From Escherichia phage vB_EcoM-RPN187: 64,000 nt of DNA. Location: sequence record OL770074.2. The stretch is one strand, 5' to 3'. Under the pieces are notes generated by a model. That model was not told the DNA's origin, made no database searches, and worked only from the letters and a program-made list of their open reading frames with translations. Made by a program: the position numbers and the translations under genes. Positions 32,648 through 41,501 of this stretch are shown here, piece after piece; positions within the stretch are counted from its first letter, which is position 1; the number at the start of each line of letters is the position of its first letter.

Positions 32648-33463
32648 TTAACAATTTGTAGACCAAGTCCATTTGGACGAATCTAAAGGAAAGTTTTGAA
32701 TCGTCCACCATGGCTGCATATCGGTTGGTCCTGGGGTTCGCCAGGTATACGGATTCGACGGAGCGCCAATTTGATTAGGCCATGCGCCTGGACTTGTTGT
32801 ACCAGATTCTTTAAGCAAATCCGCCAATCGTTTTAAAAGGTCTTCATGATCTGAATCTGAATTATGCTCGGGAGGAACCAAACGAGATTCAATATCATCC
32901 CACGTGTGTACACGTTGTGCAGTACGAGGAATGGCATCACGTTCACCACGAGCCAACCAATAAATCGGTACATTAAGAATTTCTGCTGCATGGTCACAAT
33001 GATGAGCTAAATCGTCAACGTAACAAATCACGTTATATTTTGTTTTAGCTAGTTCGAATAATTGTTCCTTTGAAGAATCATGACCACACATCATTACTTC
33101 AGAGAAAGCGCCTGGGAACAAAGCATTCAAATTAAATTGTCTATTCAATCGAGCATCAATTGAATCACCTAGCGCCGTCACGGCTACAAAATTATAGTCT
33201 TCCTTTAGTTTATTGATAACTCGAAGAGCATCAGAATAAGGCGCTAAGTAACGAATAAAATCAGAGCGATTATATTTTTCTATTAATTGTTTACCGAGGT
33301 TATCGTCGGTATTGAATAGTTTACCAGGAGAAATAAATTTTTCGTCCTGAATCATTTTTAAAATATGTTCTAATGGAAGATTATATTTTTGGGCAAAATA
33401 AGGAAGTCCAGATTGCCAGCTTAAACATACACCATCAATATCAGTTAAAATAGTAGGTTTCAT
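32648..33463 (-). CDS. HAD-superfamily phosphatase-like protein (T4 30.2 position)
   Basis: 271 aa; N-terminal ILTDIDGV (HAD motif I, DxDxV) and later YVDD (motif IV-like); Trp/Pro-rich C-terminal tail. Confidence 0.5.
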   Translation of the reverse strand: MKPTILTDIDGVCLSWQSGLPYFAQKYNLPLEHILKMIQDEKFISPGKLFNTDDNLGKQLIEKYNRSDFIRYLAPYSDALRVINKLKEDYNFVAVTALGDSIDARLNRQFNLNALFPGAFSEVMMCGHDSSKEQLFELAKTKYNVICYVDDLAHHCDHAAEILNVPIYWLARGERDAIPRTAQRVHTWDDIESRLVPPEHNSDSDHEDLLKRLADLLKESGTTSPGAWPNQIGAPSNPYTWRTPGPTDMQPWWTIQNFPLDSSKWTWSTNC

Positions 33464-33912
33464 AAAGAGTCTCTTAATAGGTTTAACACATCAATAAATT
33501 CAGCTTCGGTTAGTATTGTATCATCTTTTGTTAGACCGCTAGCCATGCTGTGCTTCAAAATTTTTCCTTTAGAGGCTTGTAAGGCATCACGAAACCCCTT
33601 GTTTTGGATCGCGGCTTCAAAATATGCATTTGTGTATAATTCTTTCCACGCTTCGGAGTATCTTGAAAATGGAACTCCTAACCAGAAGAGAGTCCCACGG
33701 TCCTGAGCTCTTGCATAAGACCTTCCGGCTTGCTGTGCAGCCAATCCAGACAACCTAAATATACGTTTTTGTTGTTCAACATTTTTCACCTTACATCCTT
33801 GGAGAAATCCTTCAAGTCCTCCGAATTGAATACCATCCATAACAAAAGGCCATTGAGCAAAGTTACTTAATGCACATGACGGCCATGGAAAATTGCTTCT
33901 GATTTCAATCAT
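33460..33912 (-). CDS. NADAR/YbiA-like (DUF1768) domain protein (T4 30.3 position)
   Basis: 150 aa; ALSNFAQWP...DG...EGFLQGCK resembles the FSNF-WP-DG-EHYFQAQK core of E. coli YbiA as recalled; motif-level call. Confidence 0.5.
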   Translation of the reverse strand: MIEIRSNFPWPSCALSNFAQWPFVMDGIQFGGLEGFLQGCKVKNVEQQKRIFRLSGLAAQQAGRSYARAQDRGTLFWLGVPFSRYSEAWKELYTNAYFEAAIQNKGFRDALQASKGKILKHSMASGLTKDDTILTEAEFIDVLNLLRDSL

Positions 33913-34103
33913 AGTCTTTTAAGGCTTTTGATAATTTCTAATTCAGAACTCATGCGAACGTCTTCAGTTCCATCGACCCATAGGACGGTGTAGGCTTCTT
34001 TAATTTGTGTATTACCCAATTTAAAAGCAGGTAGAACCTTGGAAATCATGCCAGGAATACCTACACCTTTTAATTGAACTGTTTGTGATAAGAATAGTTG
34101 CAT
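33909..34103 (-). CDS. hypothetical small protein
   Basis: 64 aa; ATG start; ATGA overlap with the upstream gene. Confidence 0.4.
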   Translation of the reverse strand: MQLFLSQTVQLKGVGIPGMISKVLPAFKLGNTQIKEAYTVLWVDGTEDVRMSSELEIIKSLKRL

Positions 34104-34390
34104 TAGAACCTCATCTGAAAGCCATGAGATTTAACATTACCACCATAGATGTCAGAGGTATTGACTTCACGGGCGACACTTGGGTCGATATTGATAACAT
34201 GGTTGAGCTTAGTGATTGCTAGGGTATCCCGACCATTAACAGTACGGAATTCTACTGGGCATACAACATCGGCATAAGCCTTAATAGATTCACGAGTAGG
34301 TTGTTTGTCGGCAGGAACATCTTTACCCGCTTTAGAGAAAACAACTTCACAGAAATTTTTACGAGTATCGAAATAAGTGGTCATAAACAT
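34103..34390 (-). CDS. hypothetical protein
   Basis: Start placed at ATG 34390 (GAGGA 8 nt upstream, 95 aa); the ORF-track ATG at 34423 lies inside a stable hairpin. Confidence 0.4.
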   Translation of the reverse strand: MFMTTYFDTRKNFCEVVFSKAGKDVPADKQPTRESIKAYADVVCPVEFRTVNGRDTLAITKLNHVINIDPSVAREVNTSDIYGGNVKSHGFQMRF

Positions 34391-34406
34391 AATATTTTCC
34401 TCAATG

Positions 34407-34429
34407 GAGGCTTCGGCCTCCATTTTTAA
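34407..34429 (+). other. stable hairpin GGAGGC-UUCG-GCCUCC + T5, plus-strand oriented, inside the minus-strand 30.x cluster
   Basis: ggaggcttcggcctcc followed by atttttaag on plus; the UUCG loop and U-run are on the strand opposite to the local genes. Confidence 0.4.
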
Positions 34430-34431
34430 GA

Positions 34432-34797
34432 TTAGATATCGAATTCGTTAAGAACTACATCAAAGATTGCTTCGAGATGTTCAGGTTTAGCTCGATTGCT
34501 CAGGATGTGACGAATCCAAGTTTTAACCAGAAGTTTACGATTAACACCGTTCCAGCAAGGATGAGTACCTAAATCACGTTGACGGAAATCGTCATCTAAT
34601 GCAATTTTGAAGTTGGAACCTTCCATCGTGATTGAAACCGTGATGCCATTTTCAAATCGCATATAAACGTAATTAGGAGTCATATACTGCTCAATTTCGC
34701 ATACTGAGCCGTTATTATGCTTCCATAAGCAAATTGTATCGATAGAACCAGCGATACAGTTAGAAACATATTTACGTTCGAAGTTGATGTAGTTCAT
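34432..34797 (-). CDS. hypothetical protein
   Basis: 121 aa; ATG at 34797 preceded by GGAGAATAAA; early promoter upstream. Confidence 0.5.
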   Translation of the reverse strand: MNYINFERKYVSNCIAGSIDTICLWKHNNGSVCEIEQYMTPNYVYMRFENGITVSITMEGSNFKIALDDDFRQRDLGTHPCWNGVNRKLLVKTWIRHILSNRAKPEHLEAIFDVVLNEFDI

Positions 34798-34825
34798 TTT
34801 ATTCTCCAGATGTTTAAGTTGTTTG

Positions 34826-34867
34826 TTGGTACAGGTCTATAATAACAAAACCTGTACCAAAGTAAAC
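34826..34867 (-). promoter_or_regulatory. T4 early-type promoter with a 10-bp inverted repeat bracketing the -10 element
   Basis: -35 GTTTAC at 34862-34867; -10 TTATTATAG; perfect inverted repeat TTGGTACAGG (34826-34835) / CCTGTACCAA (34851-34860). Confidence 0.5.
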
Positions 34868-34871
34868 TGTT

Positions 34872-35240
34872 TTATGCAACTTTAATCCAATTGCCTAAAT
34901 TTAAAACACCTTTGGCTTTCATTTTTTCGATCAGGTTATCTGCTGTAATGCGTCCATTTTGATACCATGTAACATCTTCAGAGTAACCAGTTTCTTCGTC
35001 AACATATGTTTCTGAGCGAATTTTACCGGTAATAATAGTTTTTAATTCGTATGTGTCACCAGTGAAAAAGTTTGCTAACACAATTTTCCAAGAGAAATCA
35101 TTTGAAGGACCTTCAGGGGTCATACAACTTATGAACTCAAATTGCTCTTTGTATAACATCCACTGGAATTCTTTAATTTCGATAGCTTTATAACCGTCGT
35201 GGTCTTTACATTTGATGTATGAGTTCAGATTGATTTTCAT
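34872..35240 (-). CDS. hypothetical protein
   Basis: 122 aa; ATG at 35240 preceded by GGAGAATAAA. Confidence 0.5.
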   Translation of the reverse strand: MKINLNSYIKCKDHDGYKAIEIKEFQWMLYKEQFEFISCMTPEGPSNDFSWKIVLANFFTGDTYELKTIITGKIRSETYVDEETGYSEDVTWYQNGRITADNLIEKMKAKGVLNLGNWIKVA

Positions 35241-35278
35241 TTTATTCTCCGGTTGTTTTATTGATTAGGTGGTACAAG

Positions 35279-35310
35279 TCTATAGTAACACATCCTACAG
35301 GAGAGTAAAC
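35279..35310 (-). promoter_or_regulatory. T4 early-type promoter, paralogue of the 34826-34867 promoter
   Basis: Reverse complement reads aGTTTACtctcctgtaggatgtgtTACTATAGACTTGTACCA; shares the GGTACA-GTCTATA-TAACA module. Confidence 0.5.
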
Positions 35311-35342
35311 ATCTTTTTTAAACTTTTTCTGCCCTAAACGCA

Positions 35343-35365
35343 CAAAAGGGAGACCGAAGTCTCCC
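35343..35365 (-). terminator. intrinsic terminator GGGAGAC-UUCG-GUCUCCC (minus strand)
   Basis: Same 18-nt hairpin as at 13137, 50092 and 58417; on the minus strand it is followed by UUUUG. Confidence 0.7.
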
Positions 35366-35370
35366 TAAAA

Positions 35371-35550
35371 TTATGCAACAACCTTTCCAAAACGAGAAGC
35401 ATCATCTCGAAGAACTGCACGTGCTCTGCGCATGATCTTCTCAACTGTTTGATTAATACGAGAGTTCGACCCACGCTTGTATCCAGCGCGTTTAGAGGTA
35501 CCATCAACTTTCTTTTCTACTGCTTTCTTTGCTTTAGCTTGTTTTGCCAT
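35371..35550 (-). CDS. small basic protein, 59 aa
   Basis: Not in ORF track; hand-translated MAKQAKAKKAVEKKVDGTSKRAGYKRGSNSRINQTVEKIMRRARAVLRDDASRFGKVVA; terminator immediately downstream; weak SD. Confidence 0.35.
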   Translation of the reverse strand: MAKQAKAKKAVEKKVDGTSKRAGYKRGSNSRINQTVEKIMRRARAVLRDDASRFGKVVA

Positions 35551-35820
35551 TATAAATTCTCTTTAAATGAAAATGCAGGACTTATTGACATTGCCTGCTC
35601 AAGCCCTCAAGGGGAACATAGGTTTTTGAATATTTAACGACCAGGATAACCATAAACCCGTCATCATACCTACCACGACTTAGACAGATAACCTTTTTCT
35701 GACGCGTGATAGTACAAAATACATTCAAGAGGTACACCGTAAAATTGTCGGGGCGGTACTTCTAAAACATACCGATTCGCAAATCGATAATCAGACAATT
35801 CGACGGCTCCTCGATTTAAC

Positions 35821-36069
35821 TTACTTCAGGGTAATAACAAAATGACGAACTGCTTTACGTGCTGCAGAAGCCAGAGGCTTAGCATATTTCAATTCATCTT
35901 TCTGGACCAGGATATCACGAAGATCAGCTTGTGCTGGATTCAGATGTTTGAAATACTGTAAGATTTCAAGAGCTTCGGCTTCAACATCAATAGATGCACC
36001 GTAATTTTCATGGCCATTATTCCATGCATGGCGTTGCAGTTCAAGAGCGTGTTGTAATTGTTTAATCAT
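35821..36069 (-). CDS. rIII: rIII lysis-inhibition accessory protein
   Basis: 82 aa; MIKQLQHALELQR...VRHFVITLK matches T4 rIII as recalled. Confidence 0.8.
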   Translation of the reverse strand: MIKQLQHALELQRHAWNNGHENYGASIDVEAEALEILQYFKHLNPAQADLRDILVQKDELKYAKPLASAARKAVRHFVITLK

Positions 36070-36193
36070 TTTAAATTCTCAATTCGAGATAATATTTAGT
36101 AGCCACGTTCTTCTGAATTTCACTTTCTTTCGACAAGTCTCTCAGGTGTAGGCTACCGCTTAGAAGAGTGTTCTCTTCATATAGTTATTTATA

Positions 36194-36526
36194 TCACTTA
36201 TAAAGACACGGAATAGCTTTATAGTGGCATGTTACGAATTTCTGTTTAATTTCTTTAGGTTGTTTAAGACCCAAAGCCACAAATGGATGTGGAACATTTC
36301 GAATTTGTCCAACTGGTAGTGGAGTCAAATCACCGACTTCAACAAAACCTTCAGGAACATCAGGACCTACAGAATGAACTACACATAGTTCAGGAACTTC
36401 ACCTTGAACACGTTTACCAATCACAAGTCCTGATTCTGTAACTTCTTCATCACCTGCTTGAGCTGGTTCAGAAACCAGAATGACATATTCACCAACAGCA
36501 CGAATTGGGAGTTGTACTTCAGACAT
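36194..36526 (-). CDS. 31: co-chaperonin gp31 (GroES analogue)
   Basis: 110 aa; near-identical to T4 gp31 as recalled. Confidence 0.9.
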   Translation of the reverse strand: MSEVQLPIRAVGEYVILVSEPAQAGDEEVTESGLVIGKRVQGEVPELCVVHSVGPDVPEGFVEVGDLTPLPVGQIRNVPHPFVALGLKQPKEIKQKFVTCHYKAIPCLYK

Positions 36527-36556
36527 CTTATTTCCTTATTGTTTGACGATAGATTA

Positions 36557-36581
36557 ATAATACCATACTATTCGTAAAGCA
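36557..36581 (-). promoter_or_regulatory. MotA-dependent middle promoter for gene 31
   Basis: Reverse complement reads tATGCTTTAc-12 nt-TATTAT, then AAGGA and the ATG. Confidence 0.4.
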
Positions 36582-36583
36582 TA

Positions 36584-36880
36584 TTACATAAGAAGCAAAC
36601 GTTCTACCGGAGTGCCATCAACCGAAATTACTTTATCAAGGCGGAAAGAACGCCACTGACCTAACTTGGTGTCGAATGCTCGAACTGATTCACGAGGTTC
36701 ATAACGAACTTCTGTTGCTGGATTGTTATTTTCGTATTTGACTTCAAGTTCATCGCGCGAAGCAAACATAGTGCGTACCTCGCCGTTAGCCTTTTCAAAT
36801 ACAACACAATGAACGCCTACAGACAGAATAGTTTTAATACGTTCACGAAGAACCATAGTTTCTTGTTCAGTTAAAATCAT
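36584..36880 (-). CDS. hypothetical protein
   Basis: ORF-track start 36892 is GTG; first ATG at 36880 preceded by GGTGA; 98 aa. Confidence 0.45.
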   Translation of the reverse strand: MILTEQETMVLRERIKTILSVGVHCVVFEKANGEVRTMFASRDELEVKYENNNPATEVRYEPRESVRAFDTKLGQWRSFRLDKVISVDGTPVERLLLM

Positions 36881-36881
36881 A

Positions 36882-37463
36882 TTATTCACCACAAAAGTTT
36901 CGGATTTGTTCCCAATTCAGAGAACGAAGATTATTACGAGAGTACTGAATTACTTCAATACCGGCTTGTTTTAGAATGTCTGCCCAATTTTCAGGAGATC
37001 GATCGTATAATTCTGCGTATACAACCTTTTTAATACCTGACTGCGTAATAGCTTTAGTGCAATCAGGACACGGAGAAAGCGTCGTATATAACGTAGCACC
37101 TTCAATAGAATTACCTTTACGAGCTGCAAACAAAATTGCGTTCAGTTCCGCATGGATTTCGTTATTAGCAGACCATGCACTATGAGCCGCTCGATGTTCT
37201 TTAGCCAAAACAAAATTATCTGCCCGTCCAAATGCCGTAGTGCCTTCTTTATGTCCAGCAACGATGACCGGACTTGGTTTATTCTTCAACCAACCATTTT
37301 CGGATGCATGTTCGCAACAGTTAACGCCACCGGCCGGTGAACCATTATATCCAGTAGAGATAATGCGCCCATCTTTTTCAATGACGGCACCAACTTTCCA
37401 TGAACAACATTTTGATTCTTGAGAAATCAAATAAGCAATTTGAAGATATGTGCTAGCTTTCAT
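36882..37463 (-). CDS. cd: dCMP deaminase
   Basis: 193 aa; zinc-binding HAELNAI and SPCPDC motifs; close to T4 Cd as recalled. Confidence 0.9.
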   Translation of the reverse strand: MKASTYLQIAYLISQESKCCSWKVGAVIEKDGRIISTGYNGSPAGGVNCCEHASENGWLKNKPSPVIVAGHKEGTTAFGRADNFVLAKEHRAAHSAWSANNEIHAELNAILFAARKGNSIEGATLYTTLSPCPDCTKAITQSGIKKVVYAELYDRSPENWADILKQAGIEVIQYSRNNLRSLNWEQIRNFCGE

Positions 37464-38455
37464 TATTGAACCTTATTAATATAAGTTAACAGCTCTTTAG
37501 TTTGTTCCCAACTGATGCACGCATCGGTAACGGAAACGCCATAGGACATATTATCAGAAATTTTTTGATTTCCTTCATGTAGGAATGATTCTATCATAAT
37601 TCCTTTGACCAAATCATTAGCTGCTAAATTTTTACCAATACCAATTTGATTGCTATAACACCCATCAGCGTTTGCATGGCTACAGTCAACCATTACATAA
37701 TGATTCAGACCTAATGCACTTGCTTTGTTAGAAGCTTCTTGAATATCAGAAGAATGATAGTTCGGGCCGTTGGTCCCACCACGCAATACGATATGCGTAT
37801 TCTGATTACCTTCAGCTTCAACAATGCCTACAGTACCATCGACGTCCATACCCATATACCGATGAGGCCAGGCGGCACTATACATCGCGTCTGTAGCTAC
37901 TTTAATAGAACCATTGGTTGCGTTCTTGAAGCCTACGCACATCGGTAGACCTGAAGCAATTTCACGATGTGTCTGACTTTCAGTCGTACGGGCGCCAATA
38001 GCAACCCATGAGAAAATACCAGAAAGATACTTAATTGTGAATGGGTCTAATACTTCAGTTGCTAATGGAAGTCCCATACGTAGAAGTTTACGACACAATG
38101 TTCGTGCAACTATAAGACCGTGGTTCATATCAAAACTTCCGTCAAGATATGGATCATTTACAAGACCTTTCCAACCTACGGTAGTTCGAGGCTTTTCAAA
38201 ATAAACGCGCATCACTAACAGAACATTAGGAAGACGAGTTTGAAGTTCAGCCAGACGTTTGCCGTATTCAACAGCAGCAATAGGGTCATGAATTGAACAA
38301 GGACCTACAACAATAAGTTTGCGTGGGTCTTCACCGTTCATAATCGAATTAACTTGTTCGCGATGAGAAGCCACTTGTGATGCGTAAGCTTCCGACAAAG
38401 GAATAATCTCAGCCAGTTCTTTTGGAGAAATAAGTTTTCTGATGACAGGTAACAT
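37463..38455 (-). CDS. 3-deoxy-D-arabino-heptulosonate-7-phosphate (DAHP) synthase, class I (AroG/AroF/AroH-like)
   Basis: 330 aa; GPCSIHD, RVYFEKPRTTVGWKGL, AIGARTTESQ, HIVLRGG, ESFLHEGNQ and SVTDACISW blocks match E. coli AroG as recalled, including the metal/catalytic Cys, His, Glu, Asp; stop overlaps the cd start (TAATG). Confidence 0.85.
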   Translation of the reverse strand: MLPVIRKLISPKELAEIIPLSEAYASQVASHREQVNSIMNGEDPRKLIVVGPCSIHDPIAAVEYGKRLAELQTRLPNVLLVMRVYFEKPRTTVGWKGLVNDPYLDGSFDMNHGLIVARTLCRKLLRMGLPLATEVLDPFTIKYLSGIFSWVAIGARTTESQTHREIASGLPMCVGFKNATNGSIKVATDAMYSAAWPHRYMGMDVDGTVGIVEAEGNQNTHIVLRGGTNGPNYHSSDIQEASNKASALGLNHYVMVDCSHANADGCYSNQIGIGKNLAANDLVKGIMIESFLHEGNQKISDNMSYGVSVTDACISWEQTKELLTYINKVQ

Positions 38456-38575
38456 AACAATCCTTAGGAGATATAAACAGATTCTGATTCAACAATACCT
38501 TTAACCGGATTAGACAGGCTAAGTTAGTAGTGCTCAGATTTATGACCATTCTCGATAGTAATTAGATAACTCTCA

Positions 38576-38812
38576 TTATAGTGTTCCATATACTCGAGTT
38601 GCTTCAACGAGACCATCACTGCCTAATTTAAGATTAGTAATTTGGTCACCATCTTTAGGATTAACGATTATGAGAAAAGAACGAGGAGATTCTTGAATAA
38701 CTCGTAATGTTGCATCCTGGAAACGTTCAGACACTTTATTGATGAGTGTTTGAGCGAATTCTTTTACTTTAATCTGAAATTCGTGTACTGTAATTGGATT
38801 TTCACTTAGCAT
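38576..38812 (-). CDS. hypothetical protein
   Basis: 78 aa; ATG preceded by GAGGA; first gene after an early promoter. Confidence 0.45.
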   Translation of the reverse strand: MLSENPITVHEFQIKVKEFAQTLINKVSERFQDATLRVIQESPRSFLIIVNPKDGDQITNLKLGSDGLVEATRVYGTL

Positions 38813-38838
38813 TTCTATTTCCTCATTTGTTGGTAGAG

Positions 38839-38870
38839 TTATAGTATCACAACTCCACCATGTTGTAAAC
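38839..38870 (-). promoter_or_regulatory. T4 early-type promoter driving ORF 38576..38812, DAHP synthase and cd
   Basis: Reverse complement reads gGTTTACaacatggtggagttgtgaTACTATAAc. Confidence 0.5.
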
Positions 38871-38872
38871 CA

Positions 38873-39148
38873 TTAAATTGCTTTGCATTCAATTTTTTGT
38901 GAATCGAAATCAACTTCACATTGAATTACTAGATCAGCGTCAAGTCCAAACACAACAATCACATGAGCCGAGCTTGGCAACAGTGTAACAGACACAGAAT
39001 CCACTTGGTCTGGCACCAGCGTATTCAAAACGTAGAGTAGTTCAGAGTGGATCTTAAGCTCGGTGGCCGTATCCGGCTTATCAAAGAAATGATTTGCGAT
39101 AATCTGACTAAAAACTACCTTTACAATTTCAGAATATTTAGGGAACAT
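38873..39148 (-). CDS. hypothetical protein
   Basis: 91 aa; ATG start; compact early gene array. Confidence 0.45.
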   Translation of the reverse strand: MFPKYSEIVKVVFSQIIANHFFDKPDTATELKIHSELLYVLNTLVPDQVDSVSVTLLPSSAHVIVVFGLDADLVIQCEVDFDSQKIECKAI

Positions 39149-39155
39149 AATTACC

Positions 39156-39380
39156 TCAGTGCACAGTATTTACTTTAACTCGAACAACAAATCGCTCGGT
39201 TGGTTCACCTACAGGAACAAACTCTACATGATATTCACCTTTGTAACGAGTATTCAGATCATTACGAATTCCTGCGAGTTTGTTGATTAATGTAGGACTC
39301 ATATTAAGTCCCACTAGTTTACGAAGCATTTTGTATGCTTCATCTTCGATTTCATGATGTTTATCGTACATAGTTTTCAT
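39156..39380 (-). CDS. hypothetical protein
   Basis: 74 aa; ATG start. Confidence 0.45.
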   Translation of the reverse strand: MKTMYDKHHEIEDEAYKMLRKLVGLNMSPTLINKLAGIRNDLNTRYKGEYHVEFVPVGEPTERFVVRVKVNTVH

Positions 39381-39551
39381 TTAACCATTCAATTGCCTGG
39401 TCGACGTTATCAAATATACTGCCGTCCAACCATTCTTCATGTTCATAGTCCAGCACATCAATACCGAACCGTCCATTTACTAAAGGCCATACTACAAACA
39501 AATATTCTTTATGCTGTTCGATGGCCTCAATCACTTCATATAATCGTTTCA

Positions 39552-39552
<1 letters not shown>
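39361..39552 (-). CDS. hypothetical acidic protein
   Basis: 63 aa; ATG start; overlaps neighbours by a few nt. Confidence 0.4.
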
Positions 39553-40638
<1,086 letters not shown>

Positions 40639-40639
<1 letters not shown>

Positions 40640-40938
40640 TATTTTATTCCTAAGAAAATTTCAAGAATACGAATGTTATGCTCGCGCCGGTCTTTATTAA
40701 TTTCAGCAACGTTTTTATTAATTGACGTACTTCTAACGTTTGAAGAAATAAATTTAATCATATGACTTTTGAGTTGTTGCAAATCCAACCCTTTTTCTTT
40801 AGCAGCTTTACGAAGAGCTTTACCTGCTTCATCTAGTGCCTTTGCTGCATCTTTGTCATAATTGCCAAGTGACATTCCACGGCAGATATCAATATACTCA
40901 TCAGACCGTTTGATGTAATTCTCTAGTAATGTTTTCAT
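40639..40938 (-). CDS. hypothetical protein
   Basis: 99 aa; ATG start; lysine-rich. Confidence 0.4.
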
Positions 40939-40995
40939 TTAGATTTCCTCAATTATCCATAGGAGCATTATACTCTGCTCCTGAGAGTTTGTAAA

Positions 40996-41220
40996 CTATT
41001 TTACTAAAGATTCAATATACTCGTGAAGAGCTTTAGTCGCTACTGCCCACTTATTCTGATATTCATTTTTCAGATTAGCACGAGACTGAACTAACAATCG
41101 GTCATTAGTCGGAGGCAAAGATTCTAATCGTTGAATCTGGCGCCCATAAATCATAGCCGCCATTTCAGATTCATAGATAAGCCCTTTAATGTATTCATGC
41201 TGTTCTTTAGTCATTGGCAT
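40996..41220 (-). CDS. hypothetical protein
   Basis: 74 aa; ATG start. Confidence 0.4.
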   Translation of the reverse strand: MPMTKEQHEYIKGLIYESEMAAMIYGRQIQRLESLPPTNDRLLVQSRANLKNEYQNKWAVATKALHEYIESLVK

Positions 41221-41501
41221 TTTTCCTCTTTTAAACCACTACGATAATAACATATCATAGTCTTCTGGTCATGTACGTATCTTTTTACGTCGTTTAACCA
41301 GATACGAAATTCTTGAGAGTCTTCAAATGGCATTCCAACCCACGGATTACCATCAATAACCTTTACTTGCCATTTCTGGTTATATTCAACAATAGATTCA
41401 GGCCATGGCGGATGTAAAGTTTCTTTAGGGCTTAAGGGCACATCCTGGGCACATCCGGCTAAAATGCCAATAGATAATACAACTGCAGTTAATTTAATCA
41501 T
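41211..41501 (-). CDS. outer-membrane spanin lipoprotein (o-spanin, T4 pseT.2-like)
   Basis: 96 aa; signal peptide with lipobox ILAGC, Pro-rich mature part with C-terminal Cys. Confidence 0.6.
   Translation of the reverse strand: MIKLTAVVLSIGILAGCAQDVPLSPKETLHPPWPESIVEYNQKWQVKVIDGNPWVGMPFEDSQEFRIWLNDVKRYVHDQKTMICYYRSGLKEEKCQ

Noticed and set aside
35449-35637. Plus-strand 62-aa hydrophobic ORF
   Set aside because: TTG start, no RBS, antisense to the terminator-bounded minus-strand ORF and in a minus-strand transcription block; likely a shadow ORF.
37463-38455. Possibility that the DAHP synthase region is contaminating or recently captured host DNA
   Set aside because: Codon usage and AT content match the flanking phage genes, the gene is translationally coupled to cd (TAATG overlap) and lies in a phage early operon; it looks like a long-resident phage gene.
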